From positions 1 to 48,024 of the forward strand of contig CAZEOJ010000002.1 of NCBI GenBank assembly GCA_964513825.1: a stretch of DNA of 48,024 bases, given 5' to 3'. The notes under the pieces are model-generated. The model was not told the DNA's origin. It saw nothing but the letters and a program-made list of their open reading frames with translations, and did not search any database. Positions 7,519 through 16,052 of this stretch are shown piece by piece. Origin of the DNA: an uncultured Bacteroidaceae bacterium (lineage in GTDB: Bacteria; Bacteroidota; Bacteroidia; Bacteroidales; P3). The stretch's first letter is position 1. Each line of letters begins with the position of its first letter. Both the position numbers and the translations under genes were made by a program.

Positions 7519-9053
7519 AGAAAATAAAACCGGAAAGTAAAAGTATTGCGGAAGGAACGCGAAGCCTCCATAAAATCCATTTTACCAACATGATAGAGCG
7601 TCCACGCCCGATACACCTCCTCCACCTCCTCCAACACATGCAGGCTGAGGTGATAGCCCATGTATGGCGTTTCGAGCATCTGCTTACGGTCCCACGAAGA
7701 AGGATAGTTGCGTATAAAGCAAATAGCCTCCTGCATATACACAGGCAAGGTCTTGCACCCGAGGCGGGCTCCCCATCCGGCCAGATACTCCAGACGGTCG
7801 AGCCGCTTTTCCATCAGGCAGAGCAATGTATAATATTCCCAAAGAGGCAAAGACATCTCCGCAGGCTTTCCCGCAAAGCCCTCGGCATAAATCCGCACCC
7901 AACCGTCTAAATGATTGCCGCCCCGCACCAACGAAGCCGACTGCAAAGGCACAGGCCGCGAACCATCCTCTCCCCGACAATCTCCCTCAAACTCCTCTGC
8001 CACATTCCGATACGCCAACGTGCGCGAGGCATAGCGCAGACTTTTTTGCAACAGACGGAACTGCCCCGTATGCAACTCGGCCCGCAAAAGCGGCCCCACA
8101 AAACGGTTCTGCCACCCCTTTTTCTCCAAATAAGAAAGGATAAAAGGCACCTGCGGCGCATATACCCCCAGACAATCCTGCAACAACACATAAGGATAGG
8201 CGCATTCTTCCGTGTAAGGAAAACCCGAGGCAAACATCCCGTCCATCCAAGGCATATCGTTGTAGTCCAAAAACATATTGTTGAGCCGCCCCGTCTGCAA
8301 AAGCGACAGTTTGAGCCAGGCCGTCATCTCCGCCCGTTGCACCTTTACCGCCTCCTTTTCATCCTCCAAAGGCACCGAAGCCCGCTCCCGACACACCCTA
8401 TCGCTGATTTGGAAACACCGCTCGTAGTTGCCCGCAGAGGCCGCCTGCCGCACCTGCAAGATATTTCTTTCCAAAGCGTTGTGATGATAGCCCAACACAA
8501 AACCCGGCACGCAGGCAAACGCCACACACGCCACCGCAAACCTGCCCCAACCCCAACCCCGCCGCTCAAAACGCCTCCAAAACCCAAAGGCCCGCACGCA
8601 AAGCGCCAATACTCCCATTCCTAAAAGCAGATCCATCGACCAACCCGCCACCGCAGGTTCGGAACTCGTGAAAAAATAGAAAAACACAGGCAGCACAAAC
8701 AGCGAATACTGCCGCAACACCGCCCATGCAAGCCTGCAGAAAGCCGCCGTTACCAAACCCGCCGCCAAAAGGATGCAAGGCGTGTTGATATAGAATTGAC
8801 TCACAAACCGCCACAAAAACTCGCCGAGGCGTGGATGCAGCCCCACCGCCTCCACCAAACCCTGCCCCTCGGGCCGCCCCAACCAAGCCCCCTCAAAAAA
8901 AGCCCTTACAAACGTGCGCGTATAGGCAAAGAAACCCACCTGAAACTGATTGTGGAAATAGGGCAGATACCACAGCAGGCAGAAACCCGCCGCCACAACC
9001 ACCAAAGCCGCGCCCCCCTGCCGCCCGCAAAACGAAAAAACACGCTTTTTCAT
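7515..9053 (-). CDS. Family M paralog M3: polytopic membrane protein with a large C-terminal soluble domain
   Basis: Start moved to ATG 9053 (MKKRVFSFCGRQGGAALVVVAAGFCLLWYL), 1 nt after the stop of P3. The listed start at 9131 would overlap P3 by 77 nt. There are about 7-8 hydrophobic segments in the first roughly 230 aa, then a soluble helical domain ending in FRNTFTFRFYFL*. Confidence 0.8.
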   Translation of the reverse strand: MKKRVFSFCGRQGGAALVVVAAGFCLLWYLPYFHNQFQVGFFAYTRTFVRAFFEGAWLGRPEGQGLVEAVGLHPRLGEFLWRFVSQFYINTPCILLAAGLVTAAFCRLAWAVLRQYSLFVLPVFFYFFTSSEPAVAGWSMDLLLGMGVLALCVRAFGFWRRFERRGWGWGRFAVACVAFACVPGFVLGYHHNALERNILQVRQAASAGNYERCFQISDRVCRERASVPLEDEKEAVKVQRAEMTAWLKLSLLQTGRLNNMFLDYNDMPWMDGMFASGFPYTEECAYPYVLLQDCLGVYAPQVPFILSYLEKKGWQNRFVGPLLRAELHTGQFRLLQKSLRYASRTLAYRNVAEEFEGDCRGEDGSRPVPLQSASLVRGGNHLDGWVRIYAEGFAGKPAEMSLPLWEYYTLLCLMEKRLDRLEYLAGWGARLGCKTLPVYMQEAICFIRNYPSSWDRKQMLETPYMGYHLSLHVLEEVEEVYRAWTLYHVGKMDFMEASRSFRNTFTFRFYFL

Positions 9054-9054
9054 C

Positions 9055-10710
9055 CTAATGCCCTCCCACAAATTGCACGGCCCCCGCCTCCAACTCCTCG
9101 TCCGAAATGCGGAAACCCTCCAACGAAACATCTATCTGCAAGTCCACGGCCTCCTCCCTGGCCACCCCCGCCAAAGCCCGCGCCTGCAAAGCCGCAGGTT
9201 CGGTAGCCAAAACAGGAAAGACAAACCCCCTCAGATTGGTCAGATAGAAATCGCCCCACTTCTGAGGAACCAAGAAAGGCCTCGAAAAATGCCCTGTAAC
9301 AGAATCGTAATGCGTAATATAGGTTTCGGGAATGGCCAGCGTGCGCCGGCTGCTCGAAAACACCATCCAACGCCCCGACGAAGAAAACGAATGCCCCTTT
9401 TCCGAGCCCGCCGTATTGAGCTCGCGCAGCTCCTCCACGGTGGAATCCTGTAGATTGAGCCGATAGAAATCGCCCAGGTTCTGTAACGGAAACGTGCTTG
9501 CCTTGAGCAAGGACACCACCATATACTTGCCGTCGGGCGACACTTTGGGCATACACGCGCTCTTCTGTATCTGCGAGAAAGGAAACGCGCACGCAAAGTT
9601 GGAGAAACGCTCCGTCTCGGGGTCAAAATCCATCTGCATCAAATCGGCCCACACCTGTTCCACACGGTTCTGGCGGAAACCCAAGGCCGTATCGGCATAT
9701 TGCGGATAGGGAAGACTGTCGTAGCGTTTGCGCGGCGACACACAGAAATACAACCGCTTTCCATCGCGGCTCCAGGTGGGGAAAACCGCCTCGTCCTCCT
9801 CGCGCGTAAGCTCGGGGCAAGAAAACAGACGCATCTTCTCCACATCCAAAATCACGATATGGCTCATTGTATCGAGCGTATAGATGATTTTGTGCGTGGC
9901 GTTGGCGTAGTGCACCGAGTGGGGCAGGTTGGTGGAGAAAGCCACATAGCGGCCCGAAGGATGCCAGGCAGGGTAGGTGAGGCGTATCTGATAGTTGGAC
10001 GGCACCTGTATCTTGCGCGCCTGTTTGCCGTCTATCAGCAAAGTGCCCTTATGCGCCTCGCGCAGATGCACCACCATGCGCGAAGCCCGGTGATCGTAAC
10101 AATCGTGGCAGTTCATGCAGTTGTTGTCCATATAACGGTTGTCGAGCACCTGGCGGGTTTCGAAATCGGTGAGCCTGCGTTGGCGCAGGAACAGCCAACC
10201 GTGTTCGCCCTCCTCGTATTGGCTGGCGCGGAAAAGCAGGTAGGGGTCTATAGCATCTTGGCTAACAAACCAATGCAAAGGCGAAAAACCATAACGGACG
10301 CCCTCTTGGCAGGCCGAAACCTCCACCCGAACCTCTCCCCCCGAGGCCCCCGACAACGCCTTGCGCCATTTCTTGAGCGGAATGCGGCTCCCGTTCTTGC
10401 CCATAGGCACGCGGAACGAAGCCACCAACGCCCCCTCGCGGTCAAAGAAACACATGCGCACCCGAGGCCGGGACCAACCCGAAGCGGGGCGCAGACAAAA
10501 GTTGAGGGGCGCTATGTTGGAGGGAATGCAGATGCTGTCGGTATCGTAGGGAAACACCACCTCGGTGGCGGAAATCTCCGGAACGCCGGCGGCCGAAACG
10601 CTTTCGCAGGCCCTCCGGCAGCCCGTGGCGGCCCAAAGGCCCAAGGTCAAAACACACCACATCCCCAGGGCGGACACGGCAGAACGGAAGCAAGAAATAA
10701 AGCCTTTCAT
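9055..10710 (-). CDS. Family P paralog P3: lipoprotein with CxxCH motif and PD40-like beta-propeller
   Basis: 551 aa with lipobox WAATGC. Motifs: IPSNIAPLNF, DAIDPYLLFR, NNCMNCH (10105..10119), YPAWHPSGRYVAF, FPTWSRDGKRLYFC, VSPDGKYMVVS, FSSSGRWMVFSSSR. The start is uncertain: a TATCTTTG box lies only 5 nt upstream, and an alternative Met is at codon 17. Confidence 0.85.
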   Translation of the reverse strand: MKGFISCFRSAVSALGMWCVLTLGLWAATGCRRACESVSAAGVPEISATEVVFPYDTDSICIPSNIAPLNFCLRPASGWSRPRVRMCFFDREGALVASFRVPMGKNGSRIPLKKWRKALSGASGGEVRVEVSACQEGVRYGFSPLHWFVSQDAIDPYLLFRASQYEEGEHGWLFLRQRRLTDFETRQVLDNRYMDNNCMNCHDCYDHRASRMVVHLREAHKGTLLIDGKQARKIQVPSNYQIRLTYPAWHPSGRYVAFSTNLPHSVHYANATHKIIYTLDTMSHIVILDVEKMRLFSCPELTREEDEAVFPTWSRDGKRLYFCVSPRKRYDSLPYPQYADTALGFRQNRVEQVWADLMQMDFDPETERFSNFACAFPFSQIQKSACMPKVSPDGKYMVVSLLKASTFPLQNLGDFYRLNLQDSTVEELRELNTAGSEKGHSFSSSGRWMVFSSSRRTLAIPETYITHYDSVTGHFSRPFLVPQKWGDFYLTNLRGFVFPVLATEPAALQARALAGVAREEAVDLQIDVSLEGFRISDEELEAGAVQFVGGH

Positions 10711-10765
10711 GCTACAAAGATAGTTTTTTTGTATTTTCGCGCTTGATTCTTGTATAATAGGTGAT

Positions 10766-12640
10766 ATGAACCGAAAGAATACCCTGCGGAAACTCCTTGC
10801 CTACCTGCTTGCAGGCGGGGTGTTCTTTTGCGTGCTCTATTTCGGCCTCAAAGAAGTTTTGGCGGGTTGGGAGGCGCACAGCTCGCTGTTCCGCTATTCG
10901 GCCTCGTATATAGACGAATTCCGCGGCGAGATATGGGGGCCGCTGCTTTATACCAACAGTTTCTTGGTGCAGTTTGCCTACTATCCCGCCTTGGGCGCCC
11001 TTATCTGCGCGCTCTTGCTTACGCTTACGGCCTGGAGCCTCAATACGGCGGCGGGTATGGAGCGCTTGGGGCAAATTCCCATAGGTGTTGGTCTCACGGC
11101 CTGCCTTCTGCCCGTGTTTCCGCATACGTTTATGGTGTGGCCGCTTATTTTCCTTGCCATAGGTCTGGGTGGCGTGCTTTGGCGCAAGACCCGCCATGTA
11201 GCGCTGCGCATCGTCTACTTGGCCTTTTTGGTGTTCTATATCCGCGAATATATTTTGGTGGCCTGGGTGTTCTATGGCATGATAGACTTGGTGGATTGCC
11301 TTTTCGAAGTCCGCACGGGCGGGGCCGCGTTTTTAAAACGCTTTGCCATCCACACCCTTGCACTTGTGGTGCTCTGTTGCGTGGGTGTATGGATATGGCA
11401 GCCCTATGCTTTCTTTTCGACGGGTTTCGAGAGGCTTGATTTCGGAAACGCCATAAGCACCGAATATATCCGCGTGCCTTTCGCCTATTTTTATGTAAAA
11501 TCTCTTGCCACATTTTGCGTATTGGTGGGTTGTGTGGCATGGATGTTCACGCCTTTGTTGGCGCAGGTAAAGGGTAAGATTTTTCGTGGCATCGTGCCGG
11601 GACTTTGCCTGACAGCGGGTCTTTTCTCGCTCGGCATCACGCCCGTGCAGGCCAGGCCTATGGCCCGCTTCTTTGCCGTAGACCGGCTTTGCCGCCAATA
11701 CCGCTGGCAAGAGGCCTTGCAGCAACTTAACCGCGACTATATCTACCATACCGCCGCCACGGGTCATCTGGCCGAGGATATGCTTTACGAGGCCCAGCTT
11801 AAGACCTGCCTTTTGGCCACGGGCAGGGCCAGTGGCCAAATATTCACTTATCGGCTTTCCACCTTCCCATTTATTTTTCCCACAAAGTTTATCAACCGCC
11901 CCGAATCCTATGTAACTCCCGTTTACTATGCCTATGCGGGCAATTTCAGCGAAAGCCTGCATCAGAACTACGACTGGATAACCAGCCATAACTATTCGCC
12001 TGTGGTGATGCGCGAGATTATCAAGGTGAGCCTGATGCTCAACGACACCTTGCCCGCCTCCAAATTCGTGCATATTATGCAGCAAAGCCTGTTCCGAGCT
12101 AAGGAAGCACAACGCCTTTTTGCGGGCGAGGATTCCGAGGCGCAGGCACAGATAGAAAGGGGAAAGGCTATGCTTCCCTTGGTCAATTATGCAGTGGATG
12201 CCTATAAACCCGATAAGAATGCCCGTCGCAATTTTCTCTATAGGGGCTATAACCCCTTGTTTTTCGAATACTACCTTGCGCTTTGTCTCTTGGATAAGAA
12301 TCCTGGCGACATTGCCCTTCATCTTGACCAGATAGAGGAATGCTATCCGCAGGGCATGCCCCGCCATGTGCAGGAAGCCCTGTTGGCCATAGCGGGCTAT
12401 TCGCCTTCCACAGCCATTACTTCTGATGGCATAGATGGTATAGAGGCCGATACGCGCAGCGATTTCGCGCTCTTTGTGCTCGACAACCTCAAGTTCCAGC
12501 GCGAGGAGATTTCGTTTGCCGATTTAGCCCATAAGTGGAGTCATACCTATTGGTTCTACGATCTCTATATGCACGAAATCCCCGAAACCCTACAACCCCA
12601 ACAACCTCCTTATGGAAATCAATTGGATAAAACCATTTAG
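10766..12640 (+). CDS. Family M paralog M4: polytopic membrane protein with a large C-terminal soluble domain
   Basis: 624 aa. About 8 hydrophobic segments lie in residues 1-290, followed by a soluble domain. Family motifs are MPRHVQEALLAI and an aromatic near-terminal WSHTYWFYDLYM. It is divergent from P3, and its 3' end overlaps the P4 start by 29 nt. Confidence 0.85.
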   Translation: MNRKNTLRKLLAYLLAGGVFFCVLYFGLKEVLAGWEAHSSLFRYSASYIDEFRGEIWGPLLYTNSFLVQFAYYPALGALICALLLTLTAWSLNTAAGMERLGQIPIGVGLTACLLPVFPHTFMVWPLIFLAIGLGGVLWRKTRHVALRIVYLAFLVFYIREYILVAWVFYGMIDLVDCLFEVRTGGAAFLKRFAIHTLALVVLCCVGVWIWQPYAFFSTGFERLDFGNAISTEYIRVPFAYFYVKSLATFCVLVGCVAWMFTPLLAQVKGKIFRGIVPGLCLTAGLFSLGITPVQARPMARFFAVDRLCRQYRWQEALQQLNRDYIYHTAATGHLAEDMLYEAQLKTCLLATGRASGQIFTYRLSTFPFIFPTKFINRPESYVTPVYYAYAGNFSESLHQNYDWITSHNYSPVVMREIIKVSLMLNDTLPASKFVHIMQQSLFRAKEAQRLFAGEDSEAQAQIERGKAMLPLVNYAVDAYKPDKNARRNFLYRGYNPLFFEYYLALCLLDKNPGDIALHLDQIEECYPQGMPRHVQEALLAIAGYSPSTAITSDGIDGIEADTRSDFALFVLDNLKFQREEISFADLAHKWSHTYWFYDLYMHEIPETLQPQQPPYGNQLDKTI

Positions 12641-14189
12641 AAAGGCCTGGGGGCTTGTGGCCGTGTTGGCTATAGTTTTTTTTGCGGCCTGCACGCCACG
12701 CGTGCGCGAGAGCGAGCTTGCGCAAATGCGCTATCTTTCGGCGCCCGAGGCCTATCTCTATCCCGATTATGCCGATTGCACGATACCCGTCAATATCGCG
12801 CCTCTCAATTTCTATATTCTGCCGCCCCATAGCCGCTACGAACTCAAGGTCTATGGCATAGGCCCCGATACCCTGCGCCTCAAAGGCCGTTATAGGGTGC
12901 AGTTTTCTCCCAAGGCCTGGCATAGGTTGTTGGCCCAGAACCTGCACGATACGCTGCGGGTGCAGATAAGTCTCCATAGCAGCGAGGGCATAAAAAGCTA
13001 CGCGTTCACGTGGACGGTGCAAGACAGCATAGACCCCTATTTCAGCTGCCGCCTCATAGAACCCAGCTACCAGACCTCCTCGGTGCTGCAGACGATAGAA
13101 TATAACCTGCAAGACGCCACAAGCCGCGTTCTGTTCGACAACCGCCTGCAAGGCATAGGCTGCGTGAACTGCCACACCTATGCCCAAAATAACGGCGACT
13201 ATATCGTCTATCACGTGCGCTTTGACCATACCGGCACCTTTATCGTGACGCCCGAACGCACCTTGCGGGTAGATCTTAAATCCGAGCGTTTTCCGCAGGG
13301 GGGTGTCTATCTCGCCTGGCATCCCAATAAGGAGCTTATCGCCTTCGGCACGGCCTCGGCCTATCCTTTTGTGCACGCTCAGGATATTGTGCGCCGCACC
13401 GAGGTCTACGACTCTTTCGGCGACCTGATTCTCTACGACGCGGTGCGCAACTATATTTTCTCCGACGAGCGCCTGTGCGACAGCCTCAGCGAGGAGACCT
13501 TTCCCTATTGGAGCCCCGACGGCAAATGGCTCTATATATGCCAGTCGCCCAATCCGCTCCGCGATGAAACTGAAGACGATGTGGATTTTTCCAAAAAAAT
13601 CCGCTATAACCTTATCCGCGTGGCCTTTGATGATTCCTCGCGCACTTTCGGCCGCATCGATACCGTCATCAACGCGGCCATGGCGGGCCATACCGTTTCC
13701 TTTCCGAGGCTTTCGCCCGACGGGCGTTTTTTGGCCGTCTGCCTCAGCGATCATGGCACCTTTCCTATCCGCCATCCCGAGAGCGACCTCTATCTGCTCA
13801 ATCTCGGCCCGCAGGAGGGCGAGGGCTTTGCACATAGGCCGGGCTTTCTCTATCCCGTCAAGAAAATGGAGCATGTAAACAGCCCCTACACCGAAAGCTA
13901 CCATACCTTCAGCAGCAAGGGCTCCTGGCTGATGTACAGCACCAAGCGCGAGGACAACCTCTATTCGCGGCCCTATTTCACCTATATAGATGCAGCGGGT
14001 GTTTCGCACAAACCCTTTCTGCTGCCGCAGAAAGACCCCGCTTTCTATCTATCTTTCTTCCGCTCGTTCAACGTGCCCGAGTTTGCCAACCGCCCCGTGC
14101 GTATCAACGCCGCCGCATCCAAAAGAAATGCGTATATGCCGAGGATACGCCCCGACAGCATAGTTATTCTAAAATATATACCCCGATAA
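12612..14189 (+). CDS. Family P paralog P4: lipoprotein with CxxCH motif and PD40-like beta-propeller
   Basis: 525 aa with lipobox FFAAC. Motifs: IPVNIAPLNF, DSIDPYFSCRL, IGCVNCH (13161..13175), LAWHPNKELIAF, FPYWSPDGKWLYIC, LSPDGRFLAVC, FSSKGSWLMYSTKR. Confidence 0.9.
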   Translation: MEINWIKPFRKAWGLVAVLAIVFFAACTPRVRESELAQMRYLSAPEAYLYPDYADCTIPVNIAPLNFYILPPHSRYELKVYGIGPDTLRLKGRYRVQFSPKAWHRLLAQNLHDTLRVQISLHSSEGIKSYAFTWTVQDSIDPYFSCRLIEPSYQTSSVLQTIEYNLQDATSRVLFDNRLQGIGCVNCHTYAQNNGDYIVYHVRFDHTGTFIVTPERTLRVDLKSERFPQGGVYLAWHPNKELIAFGTASAYPFVHAQDIVRRTEVYDSFGDLILYDAVRNYIFSDERLCDSLSEETFPYWSPDGKWLYICQSPNPLRDETEDDVDFSKKIRYNLIRVAFDDSSRTFGRIDTVINAAMAGHTVSFPRLSPDGRFLAVCLSDHGTFPIRHPESDLYLLNLGPQEGEGFAHRPGFLYPVKKMEHVNSPYTESYHTFSSKGSWLMYSTKREDNLYSRPYFTYIDAAGVSHKPFLLPQKDPAFYLSFFRSFNVPEFANRPVRINAAASKRNAYMPRIRPDSIVILKYIPR

Positions 14190-14191
14190 CC

Positions 14192-14656
14192 ATGAAAAAA
14201 CACCTCCTTTTGTTCGTTCTCCCCCTGTGCCTGTGCGCGTGCAGCGGCAAGCACGGGGCCGAAAAAACGGGCCACACCTTTCTCAAGGCCTACTACACCG
14301 ATCTCGACTTTGCCAAGGCCAAGCAATACGCCACACCGGTATCGCATGCGCTTATAGATGAAAGGGCCGAGAACCTTTCGTATAATCCCTATGCCAAGCA
14401 GGAAGTGCCGGAGCTTACCATCAAGGAGTTGCGAATGGACAAGGAAGATAAAAACAAGGCCACACTTAGCTATACGCTCAACCGCGCCCAAAAGACGCTG
14501 GATCTTAAAAAAGCAGAGGGCAAATGGTTAGCCGACCTCGAACGCGAGGCCAAAATGAGGGAGGAGGGTATGCAGAGCCTGGAGGACGAAACGCATGGGG
14601 GCTTTGCTGCTGCTGCCAGCGGGCCGATTAAATACCATAAACGCCGCGTGCGTTGA
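14192..14656 (+). CDS. Small lipoprotein of unknown function
   Basis: 154 aa. MKKHLLLFVLPLCLCACSGK has the lipobox LCAC. The gene starts 2 nt after the P4 stop. A charged C-terminal tail is present. No family assignment was possible by eye. Confidence 0.7.
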   Translation: MKKHLLLFVLPLCLCACSGKHGAEKTGHTFLKAYYTDLDFAKAKQYATPVSHALIDERAENLSYNPYAKQEVPELTIKELRMDKEDKNKATLSYTLNRAQKTLDLKKAEGKWLADLEREAKMREEGMQSLEDETHGGFAAAASGPIKYHKRRVR

Positions 14657-14671
14657 TTATAAAGAAATCCT

Positions 14672-14679
14672 TATTTTTG
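14672..14679 (+). promoter_or_regulatory. Putative internal -7 promoter box (TATTTTTG)
   Basis: TAnnTTTG match 30 nt upstream of ATG 14709. Confidence 0.3.
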
Positions 14680-14708
14680 CAAAATCTTAATTAAATAAAC
14701 AAGACAGT

Positions 14709-15359
14709 ATGAAAAAGTTGATGCTTATAAGCCTTTTGGCGATGGCGGGAGTTTGGACTTTGCAGGCGCAGACCACCGATAGCACGGCGGTGGCGCAGGC
14801 CGATACGGCGGTTGTTTTAGGGGATGGTGGGATGCGCAGAGGCGTTGAGCTTCCTGAAAAATTAAGGGAGTTTTTAGGGGCGGATAAATATAAGGAAGCG
14901 CTTGCCGAATATCTCAAGTTCAGGCCTACCATAGCGGGCGATGATTTTTTGGCGACATATGCCGATATGAATATTTATAGAACGCTGGCGGAAAATATGC
15001 CAGAGAAAACCGAATATAGGGAACTTTATGAGGTTGCTAAAAAGAAATTGCAAACCACCTATGGCAAGAGGGTGGATGTGATTCTGATGGAGTTGGACGA
15101 ATTGCAGGCCCCTACCGACCAAGACAGAATCCGTGTCTACACTAAGGTGATTGAGGCGGACTCCACCTATACGCATGCTTATCTCGAAAGAGGCTATGCT
15201 TGGATGAACGAAGGCCGTATGTTGGATGCTTGTCACGATTTTAGCAAGCATCCCGACTATGATAAAATGCCGTGGAAACAAGAATGCGAGAGCCTGTTGG
15301 AACAGGAGGCTATAGAAAAGGCAACAGCAGAAGAGGCGGCGAAAGCAGCAAAAAAATAA
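14709..15359 (+). CDS. Secreted TPR-like protein, paralog 1
   Basis: 216 aa with signal peptide MKKLMLISLLAMAGVWTLQAQ. It has a TPR-like segment (KVIEADSTYTHAYLERGYAWMNEGRMLDACHDFSK) and is collinear with 15366..16049. Confidence 0.7.
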   Translation: MKKLMLISLLAMAGVWTLQAQTTDSTAVAQADTAVVLGDGGMRRGVELPEKLREFLGADKYKEALAEYLKFRPTIAGDDFLATYADMNIYRTLAENMPEKTEYRELYEVAKKKLQTTYGKRVDVILMELDELQAPTDQDRIRVYTKVIEADSTYTHAYLERGYAWMNEGRMLDACHDFSKHPDYDKMPWKQECESLLEQEAIEKATAEEAAKAAKK

Positions 15360-15365
15360 TTCGCG

Positions 15366-16049
15366 ATGCGGCGCTTTGCAGTAGCTTTCCTTTTGCTATT
15401 TACGTTGAGCAGCATGGGCTTTGCCCAGTCGGCTTCTGTGGCCTCGCGCAGGGTAAACGAGAATCCCCAGGCGGATTCCTTGGCCCTGCGCGCGGCCTTT
15501 GTGGCTGATTCTTTGGCGGCAGAGCAGGCCCGGATTTCCGATAGTCTCTATCAAGTCACTTCGGGGCTTATTTCCTTGCCCGACAGTATCAATCATCTGC
15601 TCGACGAGCATAAGACCGAAGAGGCCTGGACGGCTTACCGTGCCTATAGGGAAAGCCTTGTCAACCCCACGCCTTTCGGTTTGGATTTTCTTCATAAGGA
15701 ATTTATTGGCAAACTGTCTACCTTTGGCGACACCACGGCGATGCGCGATGTCTATCATAAGCAGAACGTGCGGCTGAAAAAGGCCTTGATAAAGAAATAT
15801 CCCAATAAGGCTGAAGTCATTTGGTATGAGAGCGATAAGATAAAGGATGAGGATTCCCGCGAACCTATGGTGAAGTTGCTTACCAAAATGATCAAGCACG
15901 ACCCCGCCAACCTTTGGCCCTATAAGACGCGGGGCCTGTATCTCTATATGTTGGGGCGCTATGAAGAAGCGCTTGCCGATTTCGAACGCCTTCCTGATAA
16001 GCAAACGATTTTGGAATATCACAATTGCCGTATGTTTCTCGGCAAATAG
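15366..16049 (+). CDS. Secreted TPR-like protein, paralog 2
   Basis: 227 aa with signal peptide MRRFAVAFLLLFTLSSMGFAQ. It has a TPR-like segment (KMIKHDPANLWPYKTRGLYLYMLGRYEEALADFERL) and starts 6 nt after the preceding gene. Confidence 0.7.
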   Translation: MRRFAVAFLLLFTLSSMGFAQSASVASRRVNENPQADSLALRAAFVADSLAAEQARISDSLYQVTSGLISLPDSINHLLDEHKTEEAWTAYRAYRESLVNPTPFGLDFLHKEFIGKLSTFGDTTAMRDVYHKQNVRLKKALIKKYPNKAEVIWYESDKIKDEDSREPMVKLLTKMIKHDPANLWPYKTRGLYLYMLGRYEEALADFERLPDKQTILEYHNCRMFLGK

Positions 16050-16052
16050 GCT

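Noticed and set aside
9054-9131. Upstream extensions of listed ORFs: 9054..9131 for M3, 2747..2827 for P1 and 17619..17681 for the first FGE-domain gene
   Set aside because: The extensions overlap the preceding gene or AT-rich promoter DNA and precede much better signal-peptide or transmembrane starts (MKKRVFSF, MVMRYKFW, MKKLLLLL). The internal ATGs were chosen instead.
10715-10722. TATCTTTG (minus strand) match to the -7 promoter consensus upstream of P3
   Set aside because: It lies only 5 nt upstream of the annotated ATG (10710). It is too close to serve as that gene's promoter unless the transcript is leaderless or translation starts at Met17. It was not listed as a feature; the ambiguity is noted under P3.
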